Below are positions 42,171 through 55,218 of a DNA stretch of 64,000 nucleotides, piece by piece; position 1 is the stretch's first letter, and each line of letters begins with the position of its first letter. This stretch comes from an uncultured Gemmatimonadales bacterium (GTDB lineage Bacteria > Gemmatimonadota > Gemmatimonadetes > Gemmatimonadales > Gemmatimonadaceae). The position numbers and the translations under genes are program-made. The stretch covers positions 1 to 64,000 of the forward strand of contig CAWKMU010000003.1 of assembly GCA_963850905.1 (NCBI GenBank). The letters run 5' to 3'. Under the pieces are notes generated by a model. That model did not search any database, was not told where the DNA came from, and saw only the letters and a program-made list of their open reading frames with translations.

Positions 42171-42544
42171 GGTATGGAATCTAAGAACGAATGGCTTAGA
42201 GGGGCCACACCGGCCATTGCCAACCGGGCGAGGCTACTTCGTTTAGAGCTGAATGATCACGACGCTTCTCGTTCATTTGCATTCACCTCGGCCATGCAGC
42301 TGATCTGTCAGGGCCCACCAAGTCCCGCCAGCGACCCCAAGACCCAGCATTCCCTTCGAGGGTGAATAGCCGCCGTCTTCAACCTAGAACCCCGTTACAC
42401 CGCATGGCAGCCAGTTCGGATCGTGCGAGCACCCGGCCGACGCAAGTGTCGTAACAATTATTCACGACAGCCGTTGGCCGAAAAGGCTCTAGCAGGCAGA
42501 CAAGCCGTGTCTTTCCCAATGATACCTATGCGGAACCGCGGTGG

Positions 42545-43057
42545 TCAGGGATGCTGTATGAGCACCGGCCGGCCTGTCGTTGCAACTCCGGGAACCCCAA
42601 GGGCGCCACGGACATTTCGTCCCCAACAGTAGACTTTGCCGTGGTTGGCGACACCGCAGGTATGTTCGAGGCCCGCGCTGATCGACGTGACGTGTATGAT
42701 GTCAATGACGCGTGACGGGTACGGACGCCCGCGACGGTCGGCGCTTTGGTTGGCATCAACCGACCCCCCGCCGAGCTGGCCGCTGACATTTACGCCCCAG
42801 CAGTAGGCGAGGTGGTCGACGCCTATCGCGCACGTGTGCAGCGAGCCGGCGCTGATCGCGACGAAACGCGCGCCGTTTGCGACGCGTACAGGGCGCTCGA
42901 GTCGGTCGCGAAACGCCGGGCCGCCAATGTAGCCTCCGCAGCACCGCGGTACCGTGTCGGCCCCCAGCGCCCCCGTGCCGATCCAACCCCGACAGGACGC
43001 CAGGCCCGCGGCATCGAGCACACAGCCGTGCTGATATCCCATCGTCGGAGGAGCCAC
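42545..43057 (-). pseudogene. RCC1-repeat protein, C-terminal fragment
   Basis: ISAGSLHTCAI...AYCWG.N..GQLG and ISAGLEHTCGV...VYCWGRN. Confidence 0.75.
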
Positions 43058-43184
43058 GGCATTCTAGGCGAGCCTTTGCCGAATGAGGCACCGATTGGAT
43101 TGGTAATCGAGTTAACCGGGCTGTTCGAGGGCCTGGCGAGCGCGTATTCACAGTCAGGCGCACAGGCGGGCCTCGTTTAGTTGC

Positions 43185-44889
43185 TCACGGGACTTTCGCC
43201 GATAGACTCAGCGATCGGCCGTCGACCGGTTGTTCCGCCTTGATGCCAAGCTCCTTGGCAAGGGTCGGCGCGATGTCCACGGTGCTGGCTGGATCTGTTC
43301 GATGCTCGGGTTTCCAAAGCCCCCAAAAGATCAGCGGTACCCGGCGATCATAGTCCCACGGAGTGCCGTGTTGCGCTGCATCGTGCTTCGGGGGACCGTC
43401 GCGCTCGACAAGCGGGTTGAAGGCGAAGAGTATGTCGGCCGACCGTCCTTCGGGCGCGCTGAGCTTCAAGCGATACAGCACGTCCTCCTCGCGAGGGTCA
43501 GGAAAGCGCTTTTGGGGCATCGCCCTCAGCTCCTCGAGCGAGGCCACGGCAGCAACTTCGGGCATGGCACGAACGATGGCGGTGATTCTGCCGATCACTT
43601 GCCTCAGACCGCCCGTTGCCGCTGCTGCCGTATGGTCAACGTAGATCTGCTGATCGCCGCCGCTCACCAGGTCCAGGTTCGTGCCCAACTCCCGTTGGAC
43701 ACGCGCTTGCAATTCCTTCGTCCATCCTTCGACATCGATCCGGTGTGCGGGGATGCCTTGGCTCCTCAATCGCTCGGCAAAATCAAGACCGCCGTGGTCT
43801 GCACTGAACACGACAACCACGCTCGTCCCCCGCTGCCGAAGCCTATCCAGAAAGATTCCCAGCCTTGCATCCAACCGGCGAATGAGATCCTGCATTTCCG
43901 GACCGGAATTGCCGAATGCATGTTCCGCGGCGTTGGTCGCCGACAGCCCCAAACACAGCAGGTCGAAGTGATTCCCCTCGCCTAGATGCTCATTCTGGAT
44001 CAATGCTTCGGCGGCATCGAATATCGCATCGTCCCAGAACGGCGAAGCCCGGTATCGATTCCAAAAGCCGCCGTCCTGTGTCTCGTTCAAGATGAAGCCG
44101 GCGTGCTGCGCATCCGGAAAGCCCTGAGTCTGGATCAACCTCGGCAGACGACTCACGATGGGATAATCGGTGAGGTCTGCCTTCCACTCACCTGGAATGA
44201 CGAGTCCATTCGGACGGGCCCATGGGAACCCAGGTGAGCGTCTCCGTCCGCAGGCGATGCATGAGATCTGAATTGAACTTCACGAGCCATGGTGGAAGCG
44301 TCCGCGCATATGCGGTAGACGTCGTAAACCCAAACCCTTCTTGGAACCAGTACACGCCGTCGGTCTTCGGGCCTGCCATTAGAATTGCCGAACGATCTTT
44401 GCCTGCCACGGCAAAGACCCGGCTATCGGGGAACGCGTCTTTGAGCCAAGTGCCAAACGTTGTGCCTCGAAACTGGACGTCACTCGCTCCAACCGGGCCG
44501 GACGACGCGCCGAAGGTCTTCGCCTGGTCGTCCTCTACGCAGTACGTTTCCTTGCCCGTGCTGGAATCCTTCCAGCTATTGGTGCCTATGCCCGTTGATG
44601 CGGGATATCTCCCTGAGAGAAGCGTGGCGTGTCCCGGACATGTCTCGGTGAACGCATGCTCCTGATACGCATTCTCGAAGACAACGCCCTCCTTGAGAAG
44701 CTTTCCCAATCCTCCGGGCAGACCGGCCGTGTACCGGTCCATGATCTCTCCCGAGAGCATGTCCACCGAAACCACGATGACCAGATTCGGCTTGGGGGTT
44801 GGAGCCACGGACTGTGCAGCAACCGAGCTGCGATCCACCATCAATAAAACGAGCACAAGGACGAGCAGAATCATTCTCCGCGTCTTCAT
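43185..44889 (-). CDS. Alkaline phosphatase superfamily protein (PafA-like), frameshifted near 44190
   Basis: Signal peptide, VSVDML, TETCPGHATL, GKDRSAIL, SADHG and HGTPWDYDRRVPLIFWG. Confidence 0.87.
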
Positions 44890-44979
44890 GATGCAAAACT
44901 CCTCGCGTCAAAGTGGGAATGGTCACGACTGTCCGGTCGGAAGCGAGCGGTCACTGTTCATCGATGTGGGTGGCTATGT

Positions 44980-45639
44980 CTAGCCGGGCGCGCAGTTGGG
45001 AGCCGTAGCGCTCACCACGACTCTCGCAATGCGGTCGAGTAGGCGTTGCTTGGATGCCGGCCACTCTTCCCGCAGCAGGCTGTGCACGACATCGTCGCGA
45101 CGGATCCTCGAGCCTCGGCCCGTCTCCGCGTACGAGCGCAGGATGCCTTCTTGCACTGCACCGATCGCCTTCAAGGCCGCTCGGGATCGTGCGTTCCTTC
45201 TGTCGCTATGGAATTCAAGGCGCTGACATTGGAGCTGCTCGAATGCCAAGGTCAGCACCAGCAATTTTGATTCGGGGTTGGCGCCGAGTCCCCACACTGC
45301 CGGTGCGAACCAGGACCCAATCGTGACTCGCCGATGCTCGGCCGAGTAATGCTTCAATCGCGTACAACCGACAAGAGCACCCGTCTTCCGCCATCGAACG
45401 ACGAATGGCGCCACAGTGCCCTCGGCGCGATCCCGCAAGGCGGCGGAGACGTAGTTGTCGAGCGCTTCTTTTGTCGACGCGTTGCTCGTGAGGAATTGCC
45501 AGATCGATTGGTCTCTTGCGATCAGGAGCAATTCGTCCGCGTGAGCAGGGAAAAGCGGTTCTAGGACAATGAGCGTTCCGGGGACGTTCGCGTCCGGCCC
45601 GATTGCCTTGAGAACATCACCTGAACAGGTATTCGGCAT
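44980..45639 (-). CDS. GNAT (RimJ/RimL-like) N-acetyltransferase
   Basis: IGSWFAPAVWG.GANPESK...NARSRAALKAIGAVQEGILR. Confidence 0.85.
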   Translation of the reverse strand: MPNTCSGDVLKAIGPDANVPGTLIVLEPLFPAHADELLLIARDQSIWQFLTSNASTKEALDNYVSAALRDRAEGTVAPFVVRWRKTGALVGCTRLKHYSAEHRRVTIGSWFAPAVWGLGANPESKLLVLTLAFEQLQCQRLEFHSDRRNARSRAALKAIGAVQEGILRSYAETGRGSRIRRDDVVHSLLREEWPASKQRLLDRIARVVVSATAPNCAPG

Positions 45640-46202
45640 AGCCTCGGCCTTTCCGCCCATTAGGGTAGGAACGACCTCAGGCTTTTTATGCCTTAAGTTG
45701 TGCGGCTGAATCAGCCGTGGTGTCGCTCGGTCACAGGCCCAGTCGCAAACTGACTGGCGGAACCCTAGACACAATCGCGAATTGTTGTCCGATTATAAGC
45801 TCGATACAAACCTGACGCCACCTCCTGATCGCCTGCGTCTCTGCTCGTGCTCGGGCGTTGGCCGCTCTCCTTCGAGTAACCAAGGAAAGGATTCGGCTTG
45901 TACCTGAGTCCCACCACGGCTTCCCGCGACCCGGTTAGGCCATGCTCGCCAGTCTCATAACCCAAATCCGTTGCGGACGAGCGGGCGCGCGGAAGCGAGC
46001 GCGCGTCCGCCCACGACAGTGCCAAAGCCGATCGCCCGCGCACCTCGGCTCCGCGCATTGGTGCCTCCGCGCCGTAACGTCGCTGGCTATCGGGTCAGCC
46101 TCGCCAGTTCTTGCAAGCGTGCCGGCACTGGCCTGTGATGCCCTTGCAACGCCTGAATAACCCTGTCCAAACCATTGACCTGAGTGCCCCAAGCGATTCA
46201 AA

Positions 46203-46445
46203 CTCGAGCAAGGGCACGCACTCCCGGACACTGCCGCGTGCAATCCCAAAGAAATTGCGCCGATCCGCAACCGTGAATCGCCCGTTCCCCTCGGCGAGAC
46301 TCGCCGCGATCGACAGCGCCGCCCGATTCAACTGATCGGCAAGGAAGAAGTACCCGCGCGGGAACCCTCTCGTCGCCGCACAGATCGCGTCCGCGAACGT
46401 AACGCTCCGTTGGTAGACGAGAAGCTTCTCGAAGGCGAACGGCAC
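46203..46445 (-). pseudogene. Four-helix-bundle protein, C-truncated; copy 4
   Basis: PFAFEKLLVYQRS...RGSVRECVPLLE, then unrelated sequence. Confidence 0.88.
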
Positions 46446-46486
46446 GGGCGGACGCTCGCGCTGCGGCGTCAGCCGCGCGTCATAGA

Positions 46487-46625
46487 GCAGAAAGGAGAAA
46501 GGAGAAAGGAGACCGAGGAGCGCGGTCCCGTGGCGCACTCGCCATCCAGACCGCCCAAGCTCTTCGTCTCCTTTCTCCTTTCTGCCTCGCTCCTCTCTAT
46601 TTCGGCCGGCTGTGCCGGCCGAAAT
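46487..46625. repeat. Structured post-tRNA tail, G/C type
   Basis: GCAGAAAGGAGAAAGGAGAAAGGAGA...TCTCCTTTCTCCTTTCTGC; hairpin ATTTCGGCCGGC-TGT-GCCGGCCGAAAT. Confidence 0.9.
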
Positions 46626-46668
46626 GGGCCTGGGTAGAGTTGAACTACCGACCTCACGCTTATCAGGC
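46625..46668 (-). tRNA. 3' half of tRNA-Ile(GAT), att-site scar 5
   Basis: Identical core sequence. Confidence 0.92.
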
Positions 46669-46760
46669 CGAAGACGAGCGCTGGAGAGCGCTGGACACCG
46701 CCCATTCTTATGGCCTAGCGGTTGCGACTCGCTGGTGGGCGTCCGCCCCCGCTGAGGGGC

Positions 46761-46784
46761 GCTGACACTGCGGCTGGCACTGCC
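46761..46784. repeat. Tandem 12-bp direct repeat (putative arm site)
   Basis: GCTGACACTGCG/GCTGGCACTGCC, about 95 bp from the anticodon loop. Confidence 0.55.
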
Positions 46785-47270
46785 GAAACACAGCTGCAGT
46801 CGGTCGGTGAGCGTTCCCCGATCACTCCCCCCAGCCGTTTCTCGTCGGTGCCACGGGACGGGAGCACGACAGCTTGTCAACACCGATTGAAATTTCAAAC
46901 CTATGGTAAGACAGCTCACATGGCTGAACTATTTTTGGGTTATCGGGTCCGCAGCAGATACCTCATGTGGGTGGAATCGGACCGGCGCTGCTGTTGTCAA
47001 TCGGTACCTTGAACTGCAAGGGCGGGGGTTGGCCTCTGGGGGTTAGGAGATATCCTGCAAACCCACTTCACCTTTTGTGTTTTCCAGGGGCGAGTGGGAT
47101 TCTCACCGCACCAACAACGCTAGTGAGTGCCGATCGTTCCGATAAAGGCTCATTCTCACTGCGGACCGCTCCGTCCTCCCGCGCCAGCCTGCCGGAATCT
47201 CAAATCTCACTAGCTTAGCGTACGAATTTGGGCGCGTAATTGGCTATGACATCAGCTCAAGGAGAAAAGG

Positions 47271-47681
47271 GTGCCGTTCGCAATCAAAGCCGAGGTTCGC
47301 GATCCGCGCGCCAAGACGTTCGCGTTCACCGCACAAAAGACGATGTATGGCGGCAAGCATATCGCCGAAGGTGACACGGTTTTCGTTTTCGCGAGCGAGA
47401 ACGAAGGCGGACAGGGCCTCATCGCGCGCGGCGTCGTCACCTCCGCCGAAGCGATCCCCAAGAAGCGCGGCATCGCCCGGCAAACGCCGCGCGTGAGCAT
47501 CACCATCAGACGCACCGCGCTCGCGAAGCGGCCGCTGGGGCGGAGCGAACTCAAACACTTCACCGACTGGAATGACGGCCGGCCCGGGACCGAGCTCAAT
47601 TTCAAATTCTATCGTCAGGCCACCAACAAGATCGTCGGCATCTCGGATGAAGCGGCGGCGTTCCTCGGCGGATTCTTTTAG
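47271..47681 (+). CDS. Conserved hypothetical protein (possibly PUA/EVE-like)
   Basis: QKTMYGGKHIAEGDTVFVFASENEGG.GL.ARG...ELNFKFYRQATNKIVG; RBS present. Confidence 0.65.
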   Translation: MPFAIKAEVRDPRAKTFAFTAQKTMYGGKHIAEGDTVFVFASENEGGQGLIARGVVTSAEAIPKKRGIARQTPRVSITIRRTALAKRPLGRSELKHFTDWNDGRPGTELNFKFYRQATNKIVGISDEAAAFLGGFF

Positions 47682-47899
47682 CCGCAGACCTGGCGGAGCG
47701 CGTCAGGGGAGAGCTGCGCGGCATTCTCGGCAACCGGATAAAATTGACGGCGGACGAGCATGCTGGCTTCGCGGGATTCGCTGCAGTCCTGCCGAGCACG
47801 CCCTTAGACCCTGTAAGGTGCACAAACTGGCTCACGCAGCCCGTTGTGCTCGTGGAGCAATCCGCCGAGACGATCACGACGCTGGACACACGCTCCTCG

Positions 47900-48334
47900 C
47901 GAGTCGAACGCCCCGCTCAGGCGCCCGCGTCGAGCTCGGCGGAGTAAGGTCCAGCGCCCGATGCGCCTGTGACCGTTGTAGTGGTCGACGAACGTGTCGC
48001 ACACGCGCTCGAGATGCCGCGTGCTGAGGATCAGGAGCCAGTCCAGATATTCTGACCGAACGGTCCGAACAAAGCGCTCAGCGACGGCGTTTGCCTGCGG
48101 CGCGCGAATCGGGCGTCACCACGAACGAGCGCCAGCTGGCGGGCGGAAGGAGCCCGCTGGCCAAGAAGACTTGGTCCGTGGCCGTCAGCGGCGGCCGGCG
48201 CATTCCGCGGCGCAAGACGGCCAGCTCGTGGCGGAGCACGATGATTTCGAGTTCTTTGAATGCGTCAGACCGGAAGCGAAGGATGGCGAGTTGTAGAACG
48301 CGTCGAGAATGAGGTAGCACAGCGAGATGAGCAC
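47900..48334 (-). pseudogene. Internally deleted rve/integrase-core (DDE) transposase remnant
   Basis: KELEIIVLRHELAVLRR...FVVTP joined to APQANAVAERFVRTVRSEYLDWLLI...HLERV...HYN. Confidence 0.75.
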
Positions 48335-48510
48335 GAGGCCTCCGCCAAACCCCATTCGGTTCAGGAGCTACCTTAAATAGGCAACCTGCCGTGTTTCAGA
48401 GGGTAGCCGGGCGTCGGGTGCCGCGCGTTCCCCTCCCTCCTGCCGGTTCGGGCCGGGAGAAACGGGTAGAACCAATCGCCGAGCACGGTGAGAAAGAAAG
48501 GAACTGAGGA

Positions 48511-49759
<1,249 letters not shown>

Positions 49760-49767
<8 letters not shown>

Positions 49768-50386
49768 GGTCCTACCCGTCGACCCGACGACCACCATCCG
49801 CGCCGAGACATCACAGGCCGACCCCGACACGTGCAAGTTCACGGTCAGCCGGACGGTGCATCCGGGTGGCCCGTTCTTTTTCGACAGCAAGGATCGGGCA
49901 TCCGGCTCGCCCCTCGTCGAGCGACTCTTTGCCCTGCCGGGCGTTTCCCATGTGCTCGTGGCCGAGACCGTGGTGACGGTTGGAAAGGACCCGAGTGTCG
50001 CGTGGTCGGCGCTGAAATCGGCAATCGGCGCGGCCATCCGGACGCAGCTGCTCACAGGTGTGCCCGCGATCTTCGAGGCTCCTCGCAACGCAGGCGCGCG
50101 GGGCCGAACCGACGGCGAGATTCGTGCGTGCGTTCAGGAACTCCTGGACCGCGAAGTGAATCGTTCCATCGCAAGCCATGGCGGGAAGATCTCAATCGTC
50201 GACATTCGGCACGGCAACCTCTTCATTGCGATGAGCGGAGGCTGCCAGGGTTGCGCTGCCTCTTCCGTAACCTTGCGACAGGGGTTCGAGGTCATGGTGC
50301 GCAGGGTGGCACCGGAGATTGTCGACATCGTGGACACGACGGACCACGCGGCCGGCGAGAAACCCTTCTACCAGCGCACGGTCTAG
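49760..50386 (+). CDS. NifU/NfuA-like Fe-S scaffold protein
   Basis: Nfu N-terminal domain plus SHGG...MSGGCQGC...TDH..GE.PFY. Confidence 0.88.
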
Positions 50387-50395
50387 GAGAAGTCG

Positions 50396-52173
50396 ATGGT
50401 GCTAGGTCGCCTGCCCCTCTACGGTGAACCGGAGGTTTCGCCGGACCGCTCGCAAGCGAGCAGCCTGTCTGCAGAGGAACTCGTGGTCGCCTATCACGAA
50501 CGGACGAAGCACCATTACCACCGCTTCGCCGCATCGGTTGGCTACATGGATTGGGCTACGCAGCCAGATCCGTTCCGTCGCTACGAGGGAGCGTCGCTGA
50601 TTCGCCTCCCTTTCCCCGAGATGGGGCAAGCACTTCCATACTGGCAGCTCTACGTCGCCGACAGCATGGAGCCAGCCCCGCTTTCGATTGACTCCGTCTC
50701 GCTGTTCTTCCGCTACGCCCTCTCGCTGACCGCGTGGAAACGGTTCCACGAAACGACGTGGTCTCTCTTCGCGCCAACCCCTCGAGCGGAAACCTGCACC
50801 CGACGGAGGGATATGCGCTCCTGCCTGCCGTTGGCGCCATCCACGACCGTCCCGGCGTCTACCACTACGCACCGAAGGAACACGGTCTCGAGCGTCGAGC
50901 CGATGTTGACCCGTCGGTCTGGGCTGCCCTGATGACCGCGTTTCCGGAGGATTCATTCCTCGTGGGGCTCTCGTCCATTCATTGGCGAGAGGCCTGGAAG
51001 TATGGCGAGCGCGCGTTCCGCTACTGCCAACATGACGTGGGTCATGCCCTCGGGACTCTGCGCTTCGCGGCTGCCGCCCTGGGCTGGAAACTCTTCCTCC
51101 TCGACCGTGTAGACGCCACGTCACAGCTTCTCGGACTCAACCGCGACGCCGACTACGCCGGCGCGGAGCGAGAACATCCCGAACTCTTGGCAGTTGTCGT
51201 CCGGGGGAACTGGGCCAGTGACCGGGGCCTTTGCTTATCCAAAGAGGTCGCATCCCAGGGGGCCGCTTCACGATGGTATGGCACGGCCAACGTGCTGAGT
51301 CCCGAGCACAGCGTCGACTGGCCGGTGATCGACGAGGTTGCTGCTGCCACTACGAATCCGACGACTGCGATCGACGAAGATTTCTCCGGGTTTCCTTCGG
51401 AGGAGGAACTCTTCGAGCCGCCAGTTCGATCCGGTGCGTTCACCGCGAAGAAAGTCATCCTGGGCCGCAGAAGCGCCGTGAGCATGGACGCATCCACCGC
51501 AATTTCCGCGGCGACGTTCTTCCGGATGCTCGCTCGTCTCGTGCCCACCCGAGACGGGCGATCCGTGCCGTGGGACGCTATTCCCTGGCGCCCACGCATC
51601 CACCTGGGCCTCTTCGTGCACCGCGTGAACGACCTTTCTCCTGGTCTCTACACGCTTGCTCGCGATCCGGAGAAGGTCGAGCAACTTCGGCAAGCGATGC
51701 GGCGCGAGTTCCTGTGGCGGCGCCCTCCGTCGTGCCCGCGTGGGCTCCCGCTGTACCTGCTCAAAGAAGGGGACTGCCGCGCTCTGGCTGCGAGCGTCTC
51801 CTGCGGTCAGGACATCGCGGGAGATGGGGCTTTCAGCCTAGGGATGATCGCCGACTACATGGACAGCCTGGTTACCTACGGCGCTGCGTTCTATCGAAAT
51901 CTCTTCTGGGAGGCCGGTCTCGTGGGCCAGGTGCTGTACCTCGAAGCTGAAGAGGCGAGCATTCGTTCTACCGGGATCGGCTGCTACTTCGATGATCCCG
52001 TTCACGAGGTGTTCGGCATCTCTTCGCGCGACTGGCAGAGCTTCTACCACTTCACGGTGGGTGGCCCCGTCGAGGACAAACGGCTCACGACGTTACCAGC
52101 GTACAAGTTGGAGGAAAAACGATCAGCCCGGGGGCAGCCTCCTGGCCGCCTGCCCGTCTGGCGTGGCGTCTGA
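50396..52173 (+). CDS. SagB/ThcOx-family nitroreductase, frameshifted near 50765
   Basis: YHERTKH, DWATQPDPFRRY, LRANPSSGNLHPTE, WKYGERAFRY and TGIGCYFDD. Confidence 0.87.
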
Positions 52174-52320
52174 GACAAGGCGTCTGGAGCACAGGGCGGC
52201 CCGGACGTCGCCCCCTCGGGTGCGGTTAACCGATTTTCTGGTTGCAGACGGGTTTGAGCTCCACGATCAACCGCTTCTCTTCATTGTCGTAGTCCGTCGT
52301 GACCACCGTATCGGTTTAGA

Positions 52321-52364
52321 TGGGCCTGGGTAGAGTTGAACTACCGACCTCACGCTTATCAGGC
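52321..52364 (-). tRNA. 3' half of tRNA-Ile(GAT), att-site scar 6 (no structured tail)
   Basis: Identical core sequence. Confidence 0.92.
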
Positions 52365-52491
52365 ATCTGCGTAGGGGCGCAAAGTCCGGCAAGTTGCCGT
52401 TTTTTCCTCTGACGGTGCCGCCATCCGCCTGATTGCGCACCCAAGGAAACGGCAAGATGCCGGCTCCAACTGTCCCCGAAATTGTCCCCAA
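52365..52491. repeat. att arm with AACTGTCCCCGA/AATTGTCCCCAA repeat (52468-52491)
   Basis: Homologous to the other TGTCCCC-type arms. Confidence 0.85.
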
Positions 52492-52604
52492 TCCCTGGCG
52501 CCGGCAAGACTACTACGTGGAACCGCGGCAGGACGCAGATGGCGAGTTGCCACTCGATACCATCCGTGCGACGACCATTCCTGACATCATCACAGCAGCG
52601 CAAT

Positions 52605-55169
52605 TCACTGATCAATGTCCGTGTCCTCCGAACCGTCGAACGAGCGGCGCACCGGGGCTGGCATCGGGACACCGGGCCTGAACGCCGCCCACAGGATCTC
52701 ATTCATCACTCGCGGATCGGCGCGATCGACACCAGAGAAATCCAGCTTCGCCGACGCCTCGGCCAGCGGGCCGGTCTTCGGGTTGAGGGCGTTGAGATCC
52801 ACCGTTTCCGGCCGCGTCGTGTAGGTCCAGAGCATCGGCTTCGCCTGAAAGAGCCTATACATCGGCGTGGCGTCGCGATCGTGTTGCGTCATCGGCGGCA
52901 GGCCTAGGATCACCTCCATCGTCCGGACCATCGACGTCATTGTGTACGGCGTGTGGTCCACGAACCCCGCCTTGACGTATGGCGAGATCACGAAGCCGAC
53001 CGAGCGGTGAGCATCGAAGTGGTCGGGTCCATCCGCTGCGTCGTCCTCGGTAACGAAGATGGCCGACGACGCCCAGAAGGAGGAATGACTTAGCGCTTCG
53101 ACGATCCGCCCGAGCCCGAGGTCGTTGTCCGCGACCATCGCCTCGGGCGTCGGCAGGCCGGGCATGAGGCCCACCGTGTGATCCCATGGCATACTGATGA
53201 CGATGAAGTTGGACCACTGCCCACTGCGTTCGGCCGCCTTTAGATCCCGGGCAAAGATCGCCCCCCGCTCGGCGTCGCTCTTCTCGAACAGATACTTCCA
53301 GTCGCGGCTCGTGTGACGATCGATGTCCAGCTGGTCCGTGTACACCGGACTCGCGCCCGCGACCTTCACGCCGAACTCGCCATAGTTGTAGTAGCTTAGA
53401 CCGGCCCGGCCTACGAGCTGCCAGAGATAGCCGGCCGGCGACCTGACTAGGCGCTGCTCGTTGTCGGGGTTCGGATAGACGGCGATGGCAAAGCCCCGGG
53501 GTCCTTCCGGGTGGCCGTTGCCGTTCGCGGCGGATGTAAGGGTATCGTGCGAGCCGGGGAAACCGCGCCAGCTCGCCGTGGCTCGCTCGTTATAGGCGGT
53601 CGAATACGCCGAGTTGGCCCATTGGTGCCCGTCCTGCGATATGACGCCTTCGACGAAGTAGCGATCGAGCAGCGGGGTCTGCTGAGCCAACGCGTGGGCA
53701 TTCGGCGTCATGCTCTGCCCGAGGTACGCTAGCTCCTTATCCCCGTCCCCGCGTGGGTCGTCGCCGAGTACTTGATCGTAAGTGCGATTCTCGCGAATGA
53801 TGAACACAACGTGTTTGATGTCGTGAAAGGCGGCGAGTGCCGTCTCACGCTCGGTGGCGGTGATCTCGTGATCGCTGACTGGCAAGTTCCCCTCGACCTG
53901 ATGCGTGAATGCCGCCAGCTGTTCGGCATCCGGTATCGCAATGACCTCGGCGTAGCCGGTCAATGCGTTTCCGGTGAAGTCGAAGGGCACGTTGGACATC
54001 CCCTTCCAGGCGTGCTTCTGGTCGCGGGCCGGCCAGTTGGGCCGCGAGTCGATCCCCTTCGCGAGACCGACGACCAGATGTCCGCCATCCGGAGTCAAGG
54101 CGAGCGCGGTCGGGTCCCAGCCGGTGGGTATGAACCCCAGCACGCGGGAGTGGCCTGGTTCGTGGATGTCGATCACCGCGATATCGTTGTTGTCGGCGTT
54201 GGCCACGTAGAGACGGCTGTCGGCGCTAACCGCCAGTCCGTTCGGCGTCGAGCCGACCGGATCGTTCGGGTGCAATGACGTGATGACGGTCTCGACGACC
54301 AGGCCGGCCCGGATCACGCTGACGCTGTTCGACTCGGCATTGGCGACGAACAGCCGGCCATCGGCGGCGTAGGTCAGGTCGGTGGGGTGCACGCCGACCG
54401 GTACTCTGGCCGTTTCCTTGAGCGTGGCTGCGCTGAGCAGACTAACCGACTGGTCACCCCAATTGGCGACCGCCAGCGTGGAGTCGCCCGGCGCTAGCGC
54501 CAGCTGAAAGGGACGATTCCCCAGCCGGACTCGGGCGAGCACCCGATCCGTAGCGGCGTCGACCTTGTACACGGAGTTGTCTTGGAAATTGATCACGAAG
54601 AGGTGGCCCCGCGGGTCCGCCGCGATGCCGGCGATGAACCGGTCTTTGTCTGCCAGGTTCGGGATCGCCAACGGCCGGTCGACTGTCAGCGCGCTCCCCG
54701 TCCCGCTTAGGCGGATGATCGGGCGCTCAAGCGACGCACGCACAGCCGGAGCGAGACCCGCCACCTCGGTGTCCTTTTGCATGTCATCCGTCACCGGCCC
54801 GCCGCCCGATACGTAGATCGCCCCGCGGGCGCCATCTACGGCGAGTCCGGCCCATGCCTTCCCGAGCGGAATGTGTTGCCGCACGACGGCGTGCTCCGGG
54901 TCGATCACCTCGAGGGAATGATCGTGGTACCCACCGGTCACGATCAGCATCGACGTGCCGTCAGTCGATGGCGCGATCCGCAGCGGCATGTCGCCTGTGA
55001 GTCGCACCAGGGTGCCAGCCGGGGTCACCCGCTGGCCAGTCGCCCAAATGGTCGCCGCCTGCTGCGGGGCCGAATCGCTCGCTGACGTGTTGCGTGTGCA
55101 CCCGGCGCTCGACACCCCTACAATTGCCGCGAGCGCTAGTCCCCAGTGCCTTTGTGGCCTCACCAGCAT
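52605..55169 (-). CDS. YVTN/YncE beta-propeller plus phosphoesterase lipoprotein
   Basis: Lipobox SAGC, propeller repeats, IIRENRTYDQVLGD and AMVADNDLGLGRIVE...EDDAADGPDHFDAHRS. Confidence 0.88.
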   Translation of the reverse strand: MLVRPQRHWGLALAAIVGVSSAGCTRNTSASDSAPQQAATIWATGQRVTPAGTLVRLTGDMPLRIAPSTDGTSMLIVTGGYHDHSLEVIDPEHAVVRQHIPLGKAWAGLAVDGARGAIYVSGGGPVTDDMQKDTEVAGLAPAVRASLERPIIRLSGTGSALTVDRPLAIPNLADKDRFIAGIAADPRGHLFVINFQDNSVYKVDAATDRVLARVRLGNRPFQLALAPGDSTLAVANWGDQSVSLLSAATLKETARVPVGVHPTDLTYAADGRLFVANAESNSVSVIRAGLVVETVITSLHPNDPVGSTPNGLAVSADSRLYVANADNNDIAVIDIHEPGHSRVLGFIPTGWDPTALALTPDGGHLVVGLAKGIDSRPNWPARDQKHAWKGMSNVPFDFTGNALTGYAEVIAIPDAEQLAAFTHQVEGNLPVSDHEITATERETALAAFHDIKHVVFIIRENRTYDQVLGDDPRGDGDKELAYLGQSMTPNAHALAQQTPLLDRYFVEGVISQDGHQWANSAYSTAYNERATASWRGFPGSHDTLTSAANGNGHPEGPRGFAIAVYPNPDNEQRLVRSPAGYLWQLVGRAGLSYYNYGEFGVKVAGASPVYTDQLDIDRHTSRDWKYLFEKSDAERGAIFARDLKAAERSGQWSNFIVISMPWDHTVGLMPGLPTPEAMVADNDLGLGRIVEALSHSSFWASSAIFVTEDDAADGPDHFDAHRSVGFVISPYVKAGFVDHTPYTMTSMVRTMEVILGLPPMTQHDRDATPMYRLFQAKPMLWTYTTRPETVDLNALNPKTGPLAEASAKLDFSGVDRADPRVMNEILWAAFRPGVPMPAPVRRSFDGSEDTDIDQ

Positions 55170-55218
55170 CGCGCTGTACTCCGGTCTCGGTTGGTTCCCC
55201 CCTGTAGCTGCGCGACCT

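Noticed and set aside
47900..48334. The 'integrase core' remnant as the array's recombinase
   Set aside because: It is an internally deleted DDE/rve transposase fragment, not a tRNA-targeting tyrosine integrase.
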